Source: the human T2T-CHM13v2.0 reference genome, Homo sapiens
Direction: 5' to 3' (one strand)
DNA length: 64,000 nt
NCBI RefSeq assembly: GCF_009914755.1
Contig: NC_060940.1
Shown: piece after piece, positions 18,350 to 39,372 of the stretch
How the letters are laid out: each line of letters starts with the position of its first letter
Position numbering within the stretch: position 1 is the first letter of the stretch
Translations under genes and position numbers: made by a program
Notes under the pieces: model-generated
What the model saw: the letters and a program-made list of their open reading frames with translations, nothing else
What the model was told of the DNA's origin: nothing
Database searches by the model: none

Positions 18350-18586
18350 CACCAAACAGAAATAAAGAAGCACTCCTAATGAACTGTGGATCCTGTCATC
18401 AAGCACCAATGGCTGCCGATACCACAAAGAGACAATTGGTCATTGTGCGTCTGTGAGGAAAGCACGCTCAACACCATTTTTGAAATATTTTTTGGCAAAA
18501 AGACTGAACATAAATACAAACAAGTCTGTAGATCCAAGTACCAATTCATAGGAAATACAGACTGTGGAGTGTGTAAAATGGAAACT

Positions 18587-18916
<330 letters not shown>

Positions 18917-21278
18917 CTACTTCAGAGGTTTGCTGTGAGCATTGAAAAAGGCAGTGATTTGTTGGGTGTGGTGGCTCATGTCGGTAATCCTAGCACTTCG
19001 GGAGGCTGAAGTGGGTGGATTGCTTGAGGCCAGGACTTGGAGACCAGCCTGGGCAACATAGCAAGACACTGTCTCTACAAAAAATTTGAAAATTAGCTGG
19101 GTGTGGTGCCTGCCGCATGCCTGTAATCCCAGCTTCTTGTAGGGGAGGCGGCTGAGATGGGAGGATTGCTTGAGCCCAGGAGGTTGAGGCTGCTGTGAGC
19201 CATGATGCTGTGATCGGGCCACTCTACTCCAGCCTGGGCAACAGAGCTAGACCCTGTCTCAAAAAAAGAAAAAGAGAGAGAAAGGCTTTGGTAAGGGCTT
19301 AGTAAATGTCAGCCACAGTAGTAATGACAGCAATACTTGCGAAGCCTTTTCTATTTTATTACTGTGCACGTCGGTGATCTCATGCAATCAACTCAGCAAC
19401 CTTGCAAAATAGGTATCATCATCTCCATTTAAAAAGCAAGAAACTGAGGCTTAGCAAGGTGAAGTTGTGTGACCAGCGCTACATAGCTGGTAGGAGGCAA
19501 AGCAGATTCCCACCCAGGCTCATGTGACACCAGGGTCCTCCTGAGATGTTAGCCTCAGTGAAGTTTTTAGCCCAGATCTTCATCTCCTCTTGCCAGGATT
19601 TCTGCTATTCAAATGCAGCCACAGGAATCCGAGAAGAACCCGGATAACTAAATCAGCAGCAGCTTATTCAGGCTGAGAAAATATACAGCAGCCCTGAGAA
19701 TGCAGCTTATCTTGCTTTGGGCTTACTTTTGAGTGACAGGCTCTTTTAGCCAAGCCCTGGCCAGTCTCCTCACTTGAGCCCTGGCTCACCTGAGCCAGCC
19801 TCTCAGAGCCTTATGGAGCTGGCTGGACAGCATTGGAAGTAAAGGGCAGCCTTGCTCCCTCTTCTTTAACACCGTTTAGGATTTCTGTGTAGTTACCCAG
19901 AGCGACATTGGGTGTCACCTTTGAGTCACTTGAAGCCAGTTTCCCCCAGAGGTTGATGAATGTGGCCTTTCCCCAGAGATTCTGGTTGTCTAAGATCTAT
20001 CTGCTTTGGAGATACAGTATATTCATTGCCAACACTTGTGCCCCCGACTTAACAGGAATATCTGGTTCTCATTTGTCCTCAAAGAAGAGTGTTCTCTGCA
20101 ACCACATAAGCCTTGAATTTGTTTTTTAATTATTATTTTTTATGTTTTATTTTTTCCGAGATGGAGTCTCGCTCTGTCACCCAGGCTGCAGTGCAGTGGC
20201 ATGATCTTGGCTCATTGTAGCCACCTCCCGGGTTCAAGGGATTCTCCTGCCTCAGCCTACTGAGTAGGTGGGATTACAGACACCTGCCACCACCCCTGGC
20301 TAATTTTTATATTTTTAGTAGTAGTGATGGGGTTTCGTCCTGTTGGCTGGGCTTGTCTTGAACTCCTGACCTCAGGTGATCTGCCCACCTCAGCCTCCCA
20401 AGGTGCTGGGATTACAGGCATGAGCCACCACGCCTAGCCTAATTAATTTTTTTCTAAGAGATAGGGTCTTATTATGTTGCCCAGACTGGTCTCGAACTCA
20501 TGGGCTCAAGCAATCCTCTTGCTGCAGCCCCCCAAAATGCTGAGGTTATAGGCCTGAACCACCATGCCCGCTAAGCCTTGAATTTGAAGATGGGCTTCAT
20601 GCCTGATGACTTTGCAAATGACTTCTCTTCTGAGGAAAGGAGGACGCTAACATAAGGACGAGAGAGAGTTTATGCAAAGTCCCTACCAACTCAGAGCCCT
20701 TTTCTCCCAATGTTCTTTGCACTCTGCCCACACATCTGTTTCCAAGCCTGGCTGTGAATAACAGTGAACAACTTGGGGGCCAGGACTCTTTTCTACCGCT
20801 CCCTCCCTCCTCTCATCCTCCCTTCCTTCCTTCTCCCTTCCAGCCCATAAATATTTACCAAGTAGATATCATGTGTCAGACACTGGGAACATAACAGAGA
20901 ACAAAACAAAAGTTCTCTTTCTTCGTGGAATTTACATTAAAACTTCTTATTTCTCTGTATGTTCTCAGCATCTAACTGAGAAGGTGCTGAGAACATACAG
21001 AGAAGTAAGACATTGGATGGCTTGGCTAACACTCTTCTTTCTAGTTTTTCCTATGCATATACTAACATATATACATGATTTTTTTGCATGTAAAATATGT
21101 TTTATTGTTCTTTAAAAGGATTCAGGGTTTAGTTTTAAATCAGGCTGCACACCTTTCAAATCAATTTGACATCTCTCTCACTATGTCAAACTGGCTTCAG
21201 TTAGCAATACCTCATTAAATCTAAAAGAAAAAAAATTCTTTTAAGAAAATTCAGTTTCGAGAAAAATTAACATTACTC

Positions 21279-21615
<337 letters not shown>

Positions 21616-21725
21616 TCAAAACAAAGTGAGGGCTAATATTTCATGGTTCTTTATACATCCTTCTCCTCAATACAGAACCAGGAATGTAGCAGGCACTGGC
21701 ACTGATACAGATGGACACTGCACAG

Positions 21726-21779
<54 letters not shown>

Positions 21780-21855
21780 AGCCCCCAAACAACAAAATTC
21801 AGAGTATGTCAAAGGGAAAAGGTTTTTTATGGTATTGATAGAAACCCCTGGAGTA

Positions 21856-22515
<660 letters not shown>

Positions 22516-22612
22516 TTAGCAGGTATGCCGTTTTGATCTTGAATCTATATGAAAGAATCTGTTGTCATGTACATGATATTTACATTTCAAATGGAAATAG
22601 GACCCACCTTAA

Positions 22613-22855
<243 letters not shown>

Positions 22856-23254
22856 TAGTAGAGATAGGGTTTTGCAATGTTGGCCAGGCTGGTCTCGAAT
22901 GCCTGACCTCAGGTAATCCACCCGCCTCGGCCTCCCAAAGTGCTGGGATTACAGGTGTCAGCCACCGTGCCTGGCCCTTATCGCCATCTTTCTTTGTTAG
23001 AACATAAAAATCTACTTCAATGTTTACATGTGCCCAGATGCTATTTGGGATCTCTCTGCCCCTTGGATTCTAAAAAGACTGACTTGAACCCCAAGTGTAT
23101 TCCCTGTGGATTCTCAAGGTCAAGAGCACTAAAGTGCTCATGTTCTCATGGTTGCTTCTGGTCCCTGTTCAGGTCTCTGCTGAATTCATTCCATCAAATT
23201 TATTTAACCATTTGACGGACTTGGAGGACTTCAGTGCTGCATTGAAAAACCTAA

Positions 23255-23470
<216 letters not shown>

Positions 23471-23939
23471 TGAGACGGAGTCTTGCTCTGTTGCTCAGGG
23501 TGGAGTGCAGTGGAGCAATCTTGGCTCACTGCAACCTCCGCCTCCCAGGTTCCCAGGTTCAAGCGATTCTCCTGCCTCAGCCTCTCGAGTAGCTGAGACT
23601 ACAGGTGCATGCCACCATGCCTGGTTAACTTTTTGTATTTTTAATAGAGACGGAGTTTCCCCATGTTAGCCAGGATGGTCTCAATCTCCTGACCTCGTGA
23701 TTCACCCACCTTGGCTTCTCAAAGTGCCAGGATTACAGGCATGAGCCACTGTGCCTGGCCTGAGATACAACTATTTTTCTTAGTTTATTTTTTGCTTTCA
23801 GATCATCCTTTTATTTACTTTAATTTTTTTTTTTTTTTTTTTTGAGACGGAGCCTTTCTCTGTGGTCTGGGCTGGAATGCAGTGGCACGATTCTCCTGCC
23901 TCAACCTCCTGAGTAGCTGGGATTACAGGCGCACACTAA

Positions 23940-24104
<165 letters not shown>

Positions 24105-24298
24105 TAAACAGTGCCTAGCATTCTATTGAATAGGCATACTATAATTTTAAAATTATAGTATAAATGTTAAGCAGTCTTTTATTAATAGGCATTTTGGTTA
24201 TTTCCAATTTTTTTTTGCAGTTAAAAACCCAGCTCTTTCTAGTAATCTGCTTTGTATCTCTTTCATGCAAAATTCCTAAACGTGGAATTGCTTGGTTA

Positions 24299-24448
<150 letters not shown>

Positions 24449-24451
24449 TCA

Positions 24452-24586
<135 letters not shown>

Positions 24587-24798
24587 TTAAAAAAAAAAAA
24601 AAGAAAGAAAAAAAAGAATGTTAACTTTAAAAAGACGCTTTTATGTATAATTGAGAAATAAAATTTTTTTTAAGAAGAAAAAAGACTCGATACATATTGA
24701 GTATTGGATATTATATTTAAAATAACTTTTTGCTAGGCTGGCTGTGGTGGCTCACGCCTCTAATCCCAGCACTTTGGGAGGCCGAGGCGGTAGGATCA

Positions 24799-25044
<246 letters not shown>

Positions 25045-25717
25045 TTAAAAACAACAAACTTTTATTGATTAAAAATAAATCCCTCACATATCCATCACCC
25101 ATCAAATCAGGCTGACCTGGTATAATCTATACACGTACCTACATCTGCCTCTCCTGTATTATTTTGAAGTAATCCATTTCATCTATAAAGATTTCAGAAT
25201 TTAGGCTGGGCGCGGTGGCTCACACCTATAATCCCAGCATGGTGGATTGAGGCCAGGAGTCCGAGACCAGCCTGGCCAACGTGGTGAAACCCCATCTCTA
25301 CTAAAAATACAAAAATTAGCTGGCCGTCGTGGCACATGCCTATAATCCCAGCTACTCTGGAGGGTGAGGCATGAGAATCACTTGAACCTGGGAGGCGGGG
25401 TTTGCAGTGAACCAAGATGGTACCACTGTACTCTAGCCTAGGTGACCGAGTGAAACTCTGTCTCAAAAAAAAAAAAAAAAAAAAAAAGGTTTCGGGATTT
25501 AGAGAGAGACTATCTTTGGATAAGAAATTTGCCATTCTGGCCAGGCGTGGTGGCTCACGCCTGTAATCCCAGCACTTTGGGAGGCTGAGGCAGGTGGATC
25601 ATAAGGTCAGAAGATCGAAACCACCCTGGCCAACATGGTGAAACCCTGTCTCTACTAAAAATACAAAAAAACCTAAAAATAGCCAGGCATGGTGGCACGC
25701 CCCTTTATTCCCAGCTA

Positions 25718-26035
<318 letters not shown>

Positions 26036-26687
26036 TCACCCACTTAGATGACTCAGCCAGCCCCAGGCCTCCTCTGGTCCACTGCAGAGTTCCCGAAGAC
26101 CCAAATGTTTTGCCTCAGCCACACGTTTTCACTTATTTTTGATTCATTCCAAAGGCAGGCAGGAAATTGCCGCCAGTCATTAATCATGCATGAATCTTTC
26201 CTCTGCGCCTCTTCCATGAACAAGACCCATGTTGATGGGCACCTCCCTCTTGTGATCTTACCTTGATGGGCTCTGACAGCAGGTCGTAGGTGTCTCTCTC
26301 TATTTCACAGCACAGGTCACCAACACTCAGGCAGGGAAACTGAATTGCTCAAGCCCTGTAAGTGGGAGAACCAAGCCTTGAACCTGGCTCTGTGGGCTCT
26401 TAGTGGAAAGCCCACAGGGTGGGTTAAAGGCCTGGTTCCCACATTGCACTAAAAAATGAACACTCTCTGGAGTCCCGCTCTCAGTAGCCATCTGGATGAG
26501 AAATGATCTCTTGCCGGGAGCAGTGGCTCACGCCTGTAATTTCAGCGCTTTGGGAGGCTGAGGCGGGCAGATCACCTGAGGTCAGGAGTTTGAGACCAGC
26601 CTGACCAACATGGTGAAACCCCATCTCTATTAAAAATACAAAAATTAGCTGGGCGTGGTGGCAGGCACCTGTAGTCCTAGCTACTTA

Positions 26688-26957
<270 letters not shown>

Positions 26958-27190
26958 TCACCCCAGGGGTACCAGGCACTAGGGGGTGGAGGACAGGTAC
27001 CCTGCTGACCAGGCCCCCAGGAGGGCTCCACAGCTGGCCCTGCCTCCTCATTTAGGCAGCACCAATTGTTGCCAAGATGGCTATTATTTTTATTTTTAAT
27101 TAATTAATTAATTCTTCTTCTTCTTTTGAGATGGAGTCTCACTCTGTCACCGAGGCTGGAGTGCATTGGTGCGATCTCAGCTTACTGTAG

Positions 27191-27486
<296 letters not shown>

Positions 27487-27711
27487 TAGCCAGGATGGTC
27501 TCCATCTCCTGACCTCGTGACCCACCTGCCTCGGCCTCCCAAAGTGCTGGGACCTTGTGAACCACCGTGCCCTACCAACTTTTGTATTTTTTGTACAGAC
27601 GGGGTTTCACCATGTTGGCCAGGCTGGTCTTGAACTCCTAACCTCAAATGGTCTGCCCGCCTCAGCCTCCCAAAGTGCTGGGATTACAGACCTGAGCCAC
27701 CGTGCCTGGCC

Positions 27712-28070
27712 CTTAAATCAGTAGACTTTGAATAAAGGACACTGCCCTTCATAATGTGCGTGGGCTTCATCCAATCAGTTGAAGGCCTAAAAAGCAAAGA
27801 CCAAGATTTCCTGAAAAAGAAGGAATTCAGCCTCAAGACTGAAACACAGACACCCTCTCTGAGTGTCTGGCCTGCCTGGCTTGCCCTGTGGATTTCAAAC
27901 TCAGTACTGCAACATCCACTCTTACGTGGATTTTCAGTCTGCTGGCCTGCCCTGCGGAGTTTGGACTTGCCAGCTCCTACAATTGCATGAAGCAATTCCT
28001 TAAAGTAAATCTCTGTCTCTAGCTCTGTATCTCCTTTTGGTTCTATTTCTCTGGAGAATTCTACTGATAC
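27712..28070 (+). mobile_element. MLT2-type (ERVL) LTR, 3' part
   Basis: cataatgtgcgtgggcttcatccaatcagttgaaggcct ... ggttctatttctctggagaattctactgatac. Confidence 0.8.
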
Positions 28071-28501
28071 TTAGATATTCCCCAATTACAGAATCCCCCA
28101 CACATCCTGCCAACATCAGCTAAGCCGTGTTTTTGCAAACTCTCCCCAAATAACCTGACACAAATCCAAATCCTATGATGAGAACTTTCTAACATTGTCT
28201 TTATTGAGTCACTCAGGACTGACTACTTAACTTGTGGGGCCCAGTACACAGTGAAAATGCTGGCTGGGTGCGGTGGCTCACTCCTGTAATTCCAACACTT
28301 TGGGAGACTGTGGCGGGCAGATCACCTGAGGTCAGGAGTTCAAGACTAGCCTGGCCAACATAGCGAAACCTCACCTCTACTAAAAATACAAAATTAAGCT
28401 GGGCGTGGTGGGTGGGTGCCTGTAATCCCAGCTACTCAGGAAGGCTGAGGCAGGAGACGTGCTTGAACCCAGGAGGCGGAGGTTGCAGTGAGCCCAGATC
28501 A

Positions 28502-28696
<195 letters not shown>

Positions 28697-30918
28697 TTAA
28701 ATAAAAAACCTAGCCAGGCAAGATGGCATGTGCCTGCAGTCCCGGCTACTCAGGGGACTGAAGTGGGATGATCACTTGGGCCGGGGAGGTTGAGGCTGCA
28801 GTGAGCTTTGATCTCACCACTGCACTCCTGCCTGGGTAACAGAGTGAGACCCTGTCTCAAAAACAAAGTAAAATAAGAAAGCCTGTAGGTTGAAAATATT
28901 AAGGTTAAAGAGGTGGTAACAATCAGGGTTGGTTTGGGGAGCTGAGCTACCATGGGTGAGTGTTACGGGATAAGGGAAGGAATGAGACTTTGCACAATTA
29001 TTGCAGGATCTGGGGAGGTGAAGATCTGGGAGTGGGACCAGAGGAGTCACCAACCAGTGGATCTAGAAGTCAGGAATGTCTGTTTGCCAAAGTGGGGCTC
29101 TGCAGGGGGAGCTCGTAGAGGGGTTTAGTTTGCCCCTGTATGGCTCTTGCCTCTGTGAATGGGCAGCCAAGCATTTGGTGCTGGGGCTCGGGCCGTGGCA
29201 GAAGCAGCTTTAATGGCTTTGGGAGTTTCCAGCACCACTTTGCTTCCTTAGAGCTGTGAGTGACAAGTGAAGCTTGAGGCTGGTGTGAGTACTGGATTCC
29301 TCACTGTTCCTTCTATGTCACGCAAGGGCAAACACAGCACTCTTTTGGTGATGTGATTACATCAGCACCTGTCTCATAAAACTTAAAAAAAAATCCTTGT
29401 TTCAAAATCATGCTCCTAGCCAGGCACAGTGGCTCACACCTGTAATCCCAGCACTTTGGGAGGCTGAAGTGGGAGAATAGCTTGAGGCCAGGAATTCAAG
29501 ACTTGTCTGGGCAGCAGAGCAAGACCCTGCCCTTACAAAAAATTAAAAAGGAAAAAAAATTGCTATGCATGGTGGCGTACTATCGTAGTCCTAGCTACCT
29601 GAGAGGCTGAGGCGGGAGGATTGTTTGAGCCTAGGAATTCCAGGCTGCAGTGAGCTGTGATCACCCAACTACCTCTAACCGGGTGACAGAGGGAGACCCC
29701 GTCTCAAAAAAAAAAATCATATTATTAAAAAAAAGTATTCAAACACTGCTAAAGATTTTTCAATGAAAAGTGAGTCTTTTTCTTTCTTTAGATTTTGTCT
29801 ATTGCCAGAGACAGTCCATCAGTCTTCTTTCTAGCTTTGCAAAAAAAGTCTCCGTTTATGTCTGTCTATTCAGACACTACCTATTTTATTTTTTTAAATT
29901 TTATTTTATTTGAGACAGTCTTGCTCTGTTGCCCAGGCTGAAGTGCAGTAGCACACAACCATGGTTCACTGTAGCCTCAACCTCCTAGGTTCAGGTGATC
30001 CTCCTGCCTCAGCCTCCTGAGCAGCTGGGACCACAAGCACGCACTACCACACCTGGCTAATTTTTAAATTATTTGTAGAGATAGGGTTTCCCTGTGTTGC
30101 CCAGGCTGTCTCGAACTACTGGGCTCAAGTGATCCTTCTACCTCAGCCTACCAAAATGCTGGCATTACAGGTGTGAGCCACCGTGCCCAGTCTGTACTTT
30201 GTGTTTTTCACTTAGTGATTTATCTTTCATATGAGACCACATCTGTCTCATTCTTTCTGATGGCCATAGTCTTCCATTGTGAGGCTCCCAGTGACGAACA
30301 GTTCTGTTGCTCTAGGCTCTTATGAATAGATGTGATGCCACAGTAAACTACATTGTACCTGAGATTTTAAGTACCTGAGCAAGTATATCTGTCAGACACA
30401 ATAGTGTTTTCTTTCCAAAGAGTTAGCAAAGCTTTCTTCCCCTGGCTTCTGGCTTCCCAGGTATGGTTCCCTTTTTTTTTTTTTTTTTTTGAGACAGAGT
30501 CTCCCTCTGTCGCCCACGCTGGAGTGTGCAGTGGCATGATCTCAGCTCACTGCAACCTCTGCCTCCCAGGTTCAAGCAATTGCCCTGCCTCAGGCTCCCA
30601 CGTAGCTAGGATTACAGGTGTGCGCCACCATGCCCGGCTAATTTTTTGTATTTTTGGTGGAGACGGGGTTTCACCATGTTGGCCAGGCTGGTCTCAAACT
30701 CCTGACCTCAGGTTATCCGCCCTCCTCAGCCTCCCAAAGTGCTGGGATTACAGGCATGAGCCATGGCGCCTGGCCTCAGGCATGGCTCCTATTGGCTGCC
30801 TCCTCTTCCTCACCACTCCTTAAATATCTACCATCTGGCTTGCATCAGGGACACACTCAAAGGCCATCAATGACCTGCTTCTTTAGTGCATCGCCCCTGA
30901 TCTTCCTGTAGAATTTGA

Positions 30919-31287
<369 letters not shown>

Positions 31288-31596
31288 TAATTTTTGTTCT
31301 CTCCCTATTTCTCTAATCATGTTTGTCCTGTCTCCTTTGCCTGTCTTCCAAAGGTCAGCAATCTGGCAGAGGCTGAGGGAGTGGAGCCTCCTGGGCCAGC
31401 TGCTTCAGCTTCTCCCTGTCCTGCCTAGGCAGCCTCTCCCACTTACCTCACTACCTGGACCCCAGAGGAATTTGACGTTTTGATCAATATCTAAGTTCAA
31501 AATCTTTCCTAGGCTCAAGTCCTGCATTTAAAAAAAAAAGTATTTTTTTAAATTTCTGCATTTTATTTTCATGATTTTAGCATTTATTATGGACTA

Positions 31597-32007
<411 letters not shown>

Positions 32008-32564
32008 CTATTTGGAAAGACAGAAGACTGACAGTGGCTGGGCACTGTGGCTTACACATGTAATCTCAGTACTTTGGGAGGCTGAGGCAGGAAGATCACT
32101 TGAGCCCAGGAGTTCAAGACCAGCCTGGGCAACATGATGAAATCTCATCTCTACAAAAAATACAAAAATTAGCTGGGCATGGTGGCATGTGCGTAGTCCT
32201 AGCTACTCAGGAGGCTGAGGTGGGAGGATCGCTTAAGCCCAGAAGGTGGAGGCTGCAGTGAGCCCTGATGGTGCCACTGCACTCCAGCCTGGGCAATAGA
32301 GCAACACCCTGTCTTAAAAAAAAAAAAAAAAAAAAAAGGCTGGGTGCGGTGGCTTGCACCTGTAATCCCAGCACTTTGGGAGGCCGAGGCGGGTCGATCA
32401 CGAGGTGAGGGGATTGAGACCATTCTGCCCAACATGGTGAAACCCTGTCTCTACTAAAAATACAAATATTAGCTGGGCATGGTGGCGCATGCCTGTAATC
32501 CCGGATCATGAGGTCAGGAGATCGAGACCATCCTGGCTAAGATGGTGAAACCCCATCTCTACTA

Positions 32565-32777
<213 letters not shown>

Positions 32778-33176
32778 TTACTGCCTCTGGCAAGAGAGAG
32801 GAAATCCAGGGTAGGAAAAAGACTTACTTTTCATTGAAAAATCTTTGGCACTGTTTGAATACTTATTTTTTAATAATATGAATTTTAAAAACAAGAATTA
32901 TCAGTGGCTGGGCGCGGTGGCTCACACCTGTAATCTCAGCACTTTGGGAGGCCAAGGCAGGTGGATCACGAGGTCAGGAGACTGAGACCATTCTGCCCAA
33001 TATGGTGAAATCCTGTCTGTACTAAAAATACAAATATTTGCTGGGCATGATGGCGCATGCCTGTAATCCCAGCTATTCCGGAAGCTGAGGCAGGAGAATC
33101 GCTTGAACCCGGGAGGCAGAGGTTGCAGATCGCACTACTGTACCCCAGCCTGGCAACAGAGGGAGACTCCATCTCA

Positions 33177-33600
<424 letters not shown>

Positions 33601-34007
33601 TTAAGAAAGTGTAAAGAATAAGAAAAATACAACAAAAGGAAAACAACAAATATCAATGTATCCACCACTCAGCTTAATAAAGAAAATATAATAAACACAG
33701 GTGAAGCCTTTTTTGTGCTCCCCTTCTTCCCCACCACTTACCTCAGAGATAATCACTATACTGAATTAGGAGTTTGCCATTTCCTCAAATTTTAATTGAG
33801 TCCTGCATTTTTGACAAACATCTGGACGTCTCTATATGGGTATTTCACTCAGTATGGTTAAAAGCAAATTCAAGCTGGGCTTAGTGGCTCACACCTGTAA
33901 TCCCAGCGCTTTGGGAGGCCGAGGTGGGTGATCACTTGACCCCAAGTGTTTGAGAGCAACCTGGGCAACACGGCAAAAACCCATCTCTACAAAAAATACA
34001 AAACTTA

Positions 34008-34184
<177 letters not shown>

Positions 34185-35155
34185 TTATGTAAACAGAAAA
34201 ATGCACTATATAAATGTATCTATCTAGAATTCAGGGATCGGTGAAACAAAAGACATCGCATCGGCAGGTCTGTTTGCAACTTCTGGGATACACCAGGTGT
34301 TAGCGGTGATGACTTCTGGATGCTTGGACTGTGGATTTTTAAAATGGTTTTATCTGCTCATCTGTATTTCTAAATTTTCAACAATGGAACATAGATTATT
34401 GTATTATTATTATAATACCCCAAACCTATCTTCCTCTCAGCCCTCTTTCCACGAGCTCTTACCCTAAATGTCTCTTTTTCTGTCAGTGGCATTGTGCGTC
34501 TTCCTTAGTGCATCACCTCTGATCTTCCTGTAGAATTTTTTTTTTTTTTGAGATAGAGTCTTGCTTTGTCACCCAGGCTGGAGCGCAGTGGCCTGATCTT
34601 GGCTTACTGCAAACTCCGCCTCCTGGGTTCAAGCACGTCTCCCTGCCTCAGCCTCCTGAGTAGCTGGGATCATAGGTGCCTGCCACCATGCCTGACTAAT
34701 TTTTGTATTTTTAGTAGAGACGGGGTTTCACCATGTTGGCCAGGCTGTTCTGGAACTCCTGACCTCAAGTGATCCACCTGCCTCGGCCTCCCAAAGTGCT
34801 GGGATTACAGGAGAGCGCCACGGCGCCCAGCTTACACCAGACTACTTTTTAAAATGTTTTTGTAAAGTCAGGGTTTCACCATGTTGCCCAGGCTGATTTT
34901 GAACTCCTGGGCTCAAGCAATCCTTTTGCCTTTTGACTCCCAAAGTCCTGGGATTACAGGTGTGAACCCCTGCAGCTGGCCTCAATGTTAAGATCTTAAG
35001 GGGCACAGCACAGACCTTGTCTTGTCTATCTCCCTGGCACCTCTCACAGAGTACAGCTTATTAACAGATGTTCCAGAAACTGTTACTGAACATTCGGCTT
35101 GATGCTGTGGGCTTGTCTGCATCTTGCAACTGTCACCTGGCTGAGAAATTTCTTC

Positions 35156-35178
35156 TATAAATAAGCAGTTTCTGTTTC
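35156..35178 (+). promoter_or_regulatory. TNFRSF17: TNFRSF17 core promoter: TATA-like TATAAATA (35156-35163) and adjacent ISRE-like AGTTTCTGTTTC (35167-35178)
   Basis: Motif matches ~280 nt upstream of the ATG; function inferred. Confidence 0.6.
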
Positions 35179-35224
35179 AGATGTGATATGCCCTGATATT
35201 TACACCCTGTCTCTTACCCCATCC

Positions 35225-35577
<353 letters not shown>

Positions 35578-35941
35578 TAATATTGCTTGAACGATTATTC
35601 ATTGGTGTGAACTATTCTGTCTATATGGACTGCTTATTCAGAGAATCAACATAATGGGCATGATGGTGAGTTTTCTTGAATCAAAAAGAGAAAGGAAGCA
35701 AGGCAGTGATTTTAATGTTTATGGAAACAAAGTAATTATTTGGAACTGAACTTGATATGATTCAGCACTATTAGCAACATAGATTTTTTTTAAAAATCAG
35801 CTCTTCTAATTAAGTGATATTTAGAATTTAAAAGTCAATGTTCATTAATTAAGGTGATTGAATGGAAATAATCCATACTTGATTATTTTGCTATCAAAAC
35901 AATCCATAATTCATTATTTTAGCAAAATAATCAAGTATGAC

Positions 35942-36281
<340 letters not shown>

Positions 36282-36312
36282 TCATTATCTGTCTGATGTT
36301 CTTTTCATAAAG

Positions 36313-36459
36313 GTGTGACCAATTCAGTGAAAGGAACGAATGCGATTCTCTGGACCTGTTTGGGACTGAGCTTAATAATTTCTTTGGCAGTTTTCGTGCT
36401 AATGTTTTTGCTAAGGAAGATAAGCTCTGAACCATTAAAGGACGAGTTTAAAAACACAG
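36313..36459 (+). CDS. TNFRSF17: BCMA exon 2: stalk and transmembrane helix ([23 protein letters not shown])
   Basis: 147 nt; cataaag|GT and ACAG|gttggt; ORF 36315..36512. Confidence 0.99.
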
Positions 36460-37022
36460 GTTGGTTTGATGGTGAATCTTTGAAATCTATTTCCAGGGGA
36501 TGGCTATTGTGAGTTTCAGTTCCTTTTCTTTTTTTAGCGTTGACTATTTCACTTCGTTACAGCCCTTTCGAATGTGTTAGAACATTGTTACATTAAATGA
36601 ACTTGGTAGAGGTGAGCCATCTTCATTCTGATTTTGACACCTTGGCAGATTTTCTACAATGTCAGTCTTCTCCAGGATTCTTCCACTGTTAATTACTCTA
36701 TTGAAAGTACTAAGGCTTTCTTGGGAAACATCAGTCTCTTTGACTAAAGTTAGCACATCGATTAAATGCCACATTATCAGAAACTCCTAGCCAGGTCTGC
36801 TACTGTCAGGAAAAGCATATTTGTCAAGATCTATGGTCATGTTTTTATACAAATATAGGTGTTCTTTGCTTGAGTGAACATTTTACTACTGAAAAATGTT
36901 AGAAATGAATAACCAGTTGCTCCTGAATTATTTGAGGAATCATCTAAAAAATAATTATTTTTAAGCAATAGAGAACCAGTCCCAGAAAAATGAATGTTCT
37001 ACTTAAGTGCCTCTTAAGATAA

Positions 37023-37418
<396 letters not shown>

Positions 37419-37687
37419 ACATACTCATTCTTTTTTACTGAAAAGATCTGTTTCAAGCTGGGTGTGGTGGCATGGAGCTGTAGTCCCGACTGCTCTGTAG
37501 GCTAACGTGGGAGGATTGCTTGAGCCCAGGAGTTTGAATGCAGCCTGGGCAACACAGTAAGACCCCACCTCTAAAAAATGAAAAAATCTCTCTCACATTG
37601 CTTTGAGTCCCGATGTGTACTGCTAAGACTCTCATGACCACATTCTCTGTGAAGTTTGGGTTAATGTTTCCGTTTCTACATAATTAG

Positions 37688-37965
37688 GATCAGGTCTCCT
37701 GGGCATGGCTAACATTGACCTGGAAAAGAGCAGGACTGGTGATGAAATTATTCTTCCGAGAGGCCTCGAGTACACGGTGGAAGAATGCACCTGTGAAGAC
37801 TGCATCAAGAGCAAACCGAAGGTCGACTCTGACCATTGCTTTCCACTCCCAGCTATGGAGGAAGGCGCAACCATTCTTGTCACCACGAAAACGAATGACT
37901 ATTGCAAGAGCCTGCCAGCTGCTTTGAGTGCTACGGAGATAGAGAAATCAATTTCTGCTAGGTAA
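37688..37965 (+). CDS. TNFRSF17: BCMA exon 3: cytoplasmic TRAF-binding tail to TAA
   Basis: aattag|GA; 278 nt; total CDS 130+147+278=555 nt, i.e. 184 aa ending EKSISAR. Confidence 0.99.
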
Positions 37966-38164
37966 TTAACCATTTCGACTCGAGCAGTGCCACTTTAAAA
38001 ATCTTTTGTCAGAATAGATGATGTGTCAGATCTCTTTAGGATGACTGTATTTTTCAGTTGCCGATACAGCTTTTTGTCCTCTAACTGTGGAAACTCTTTA
38101 TGTTAGATATATTTCTCTAGGTTACTGTTGGGAGCTTAATGGTAGAAACTTCCTTGGTTTCATG

Positions 38165-38170
38165 ATTAAA
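38165..38170 (+). terminator. TNFRSF17: TNFRSF17 poly(A) signal ATTAAA (cleavage ~38185)
   Basis: ATTAAA 200 nt after the stop, followed by T-rich sequence. Confidence 0.75.
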
Positions 38171-38173
38171 CTC

Positions 38174-38875
<702 letters not shown>

Positions 38876-38940
38876 ATCACCTTGAACATGCTGACATGAC
38901 AATCTTCTCACTAGAGACCTCTAAACGCTTGACTTACTGA

Positions 38941-39372
<432 letters not shown>

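Noticed and set aside
36460-36512. ORF-track extension [16 protein letters not shown] after BCMA exon 2
   Set aside because: Intron 2 read-through; nothing in the sequence shows intron retention.
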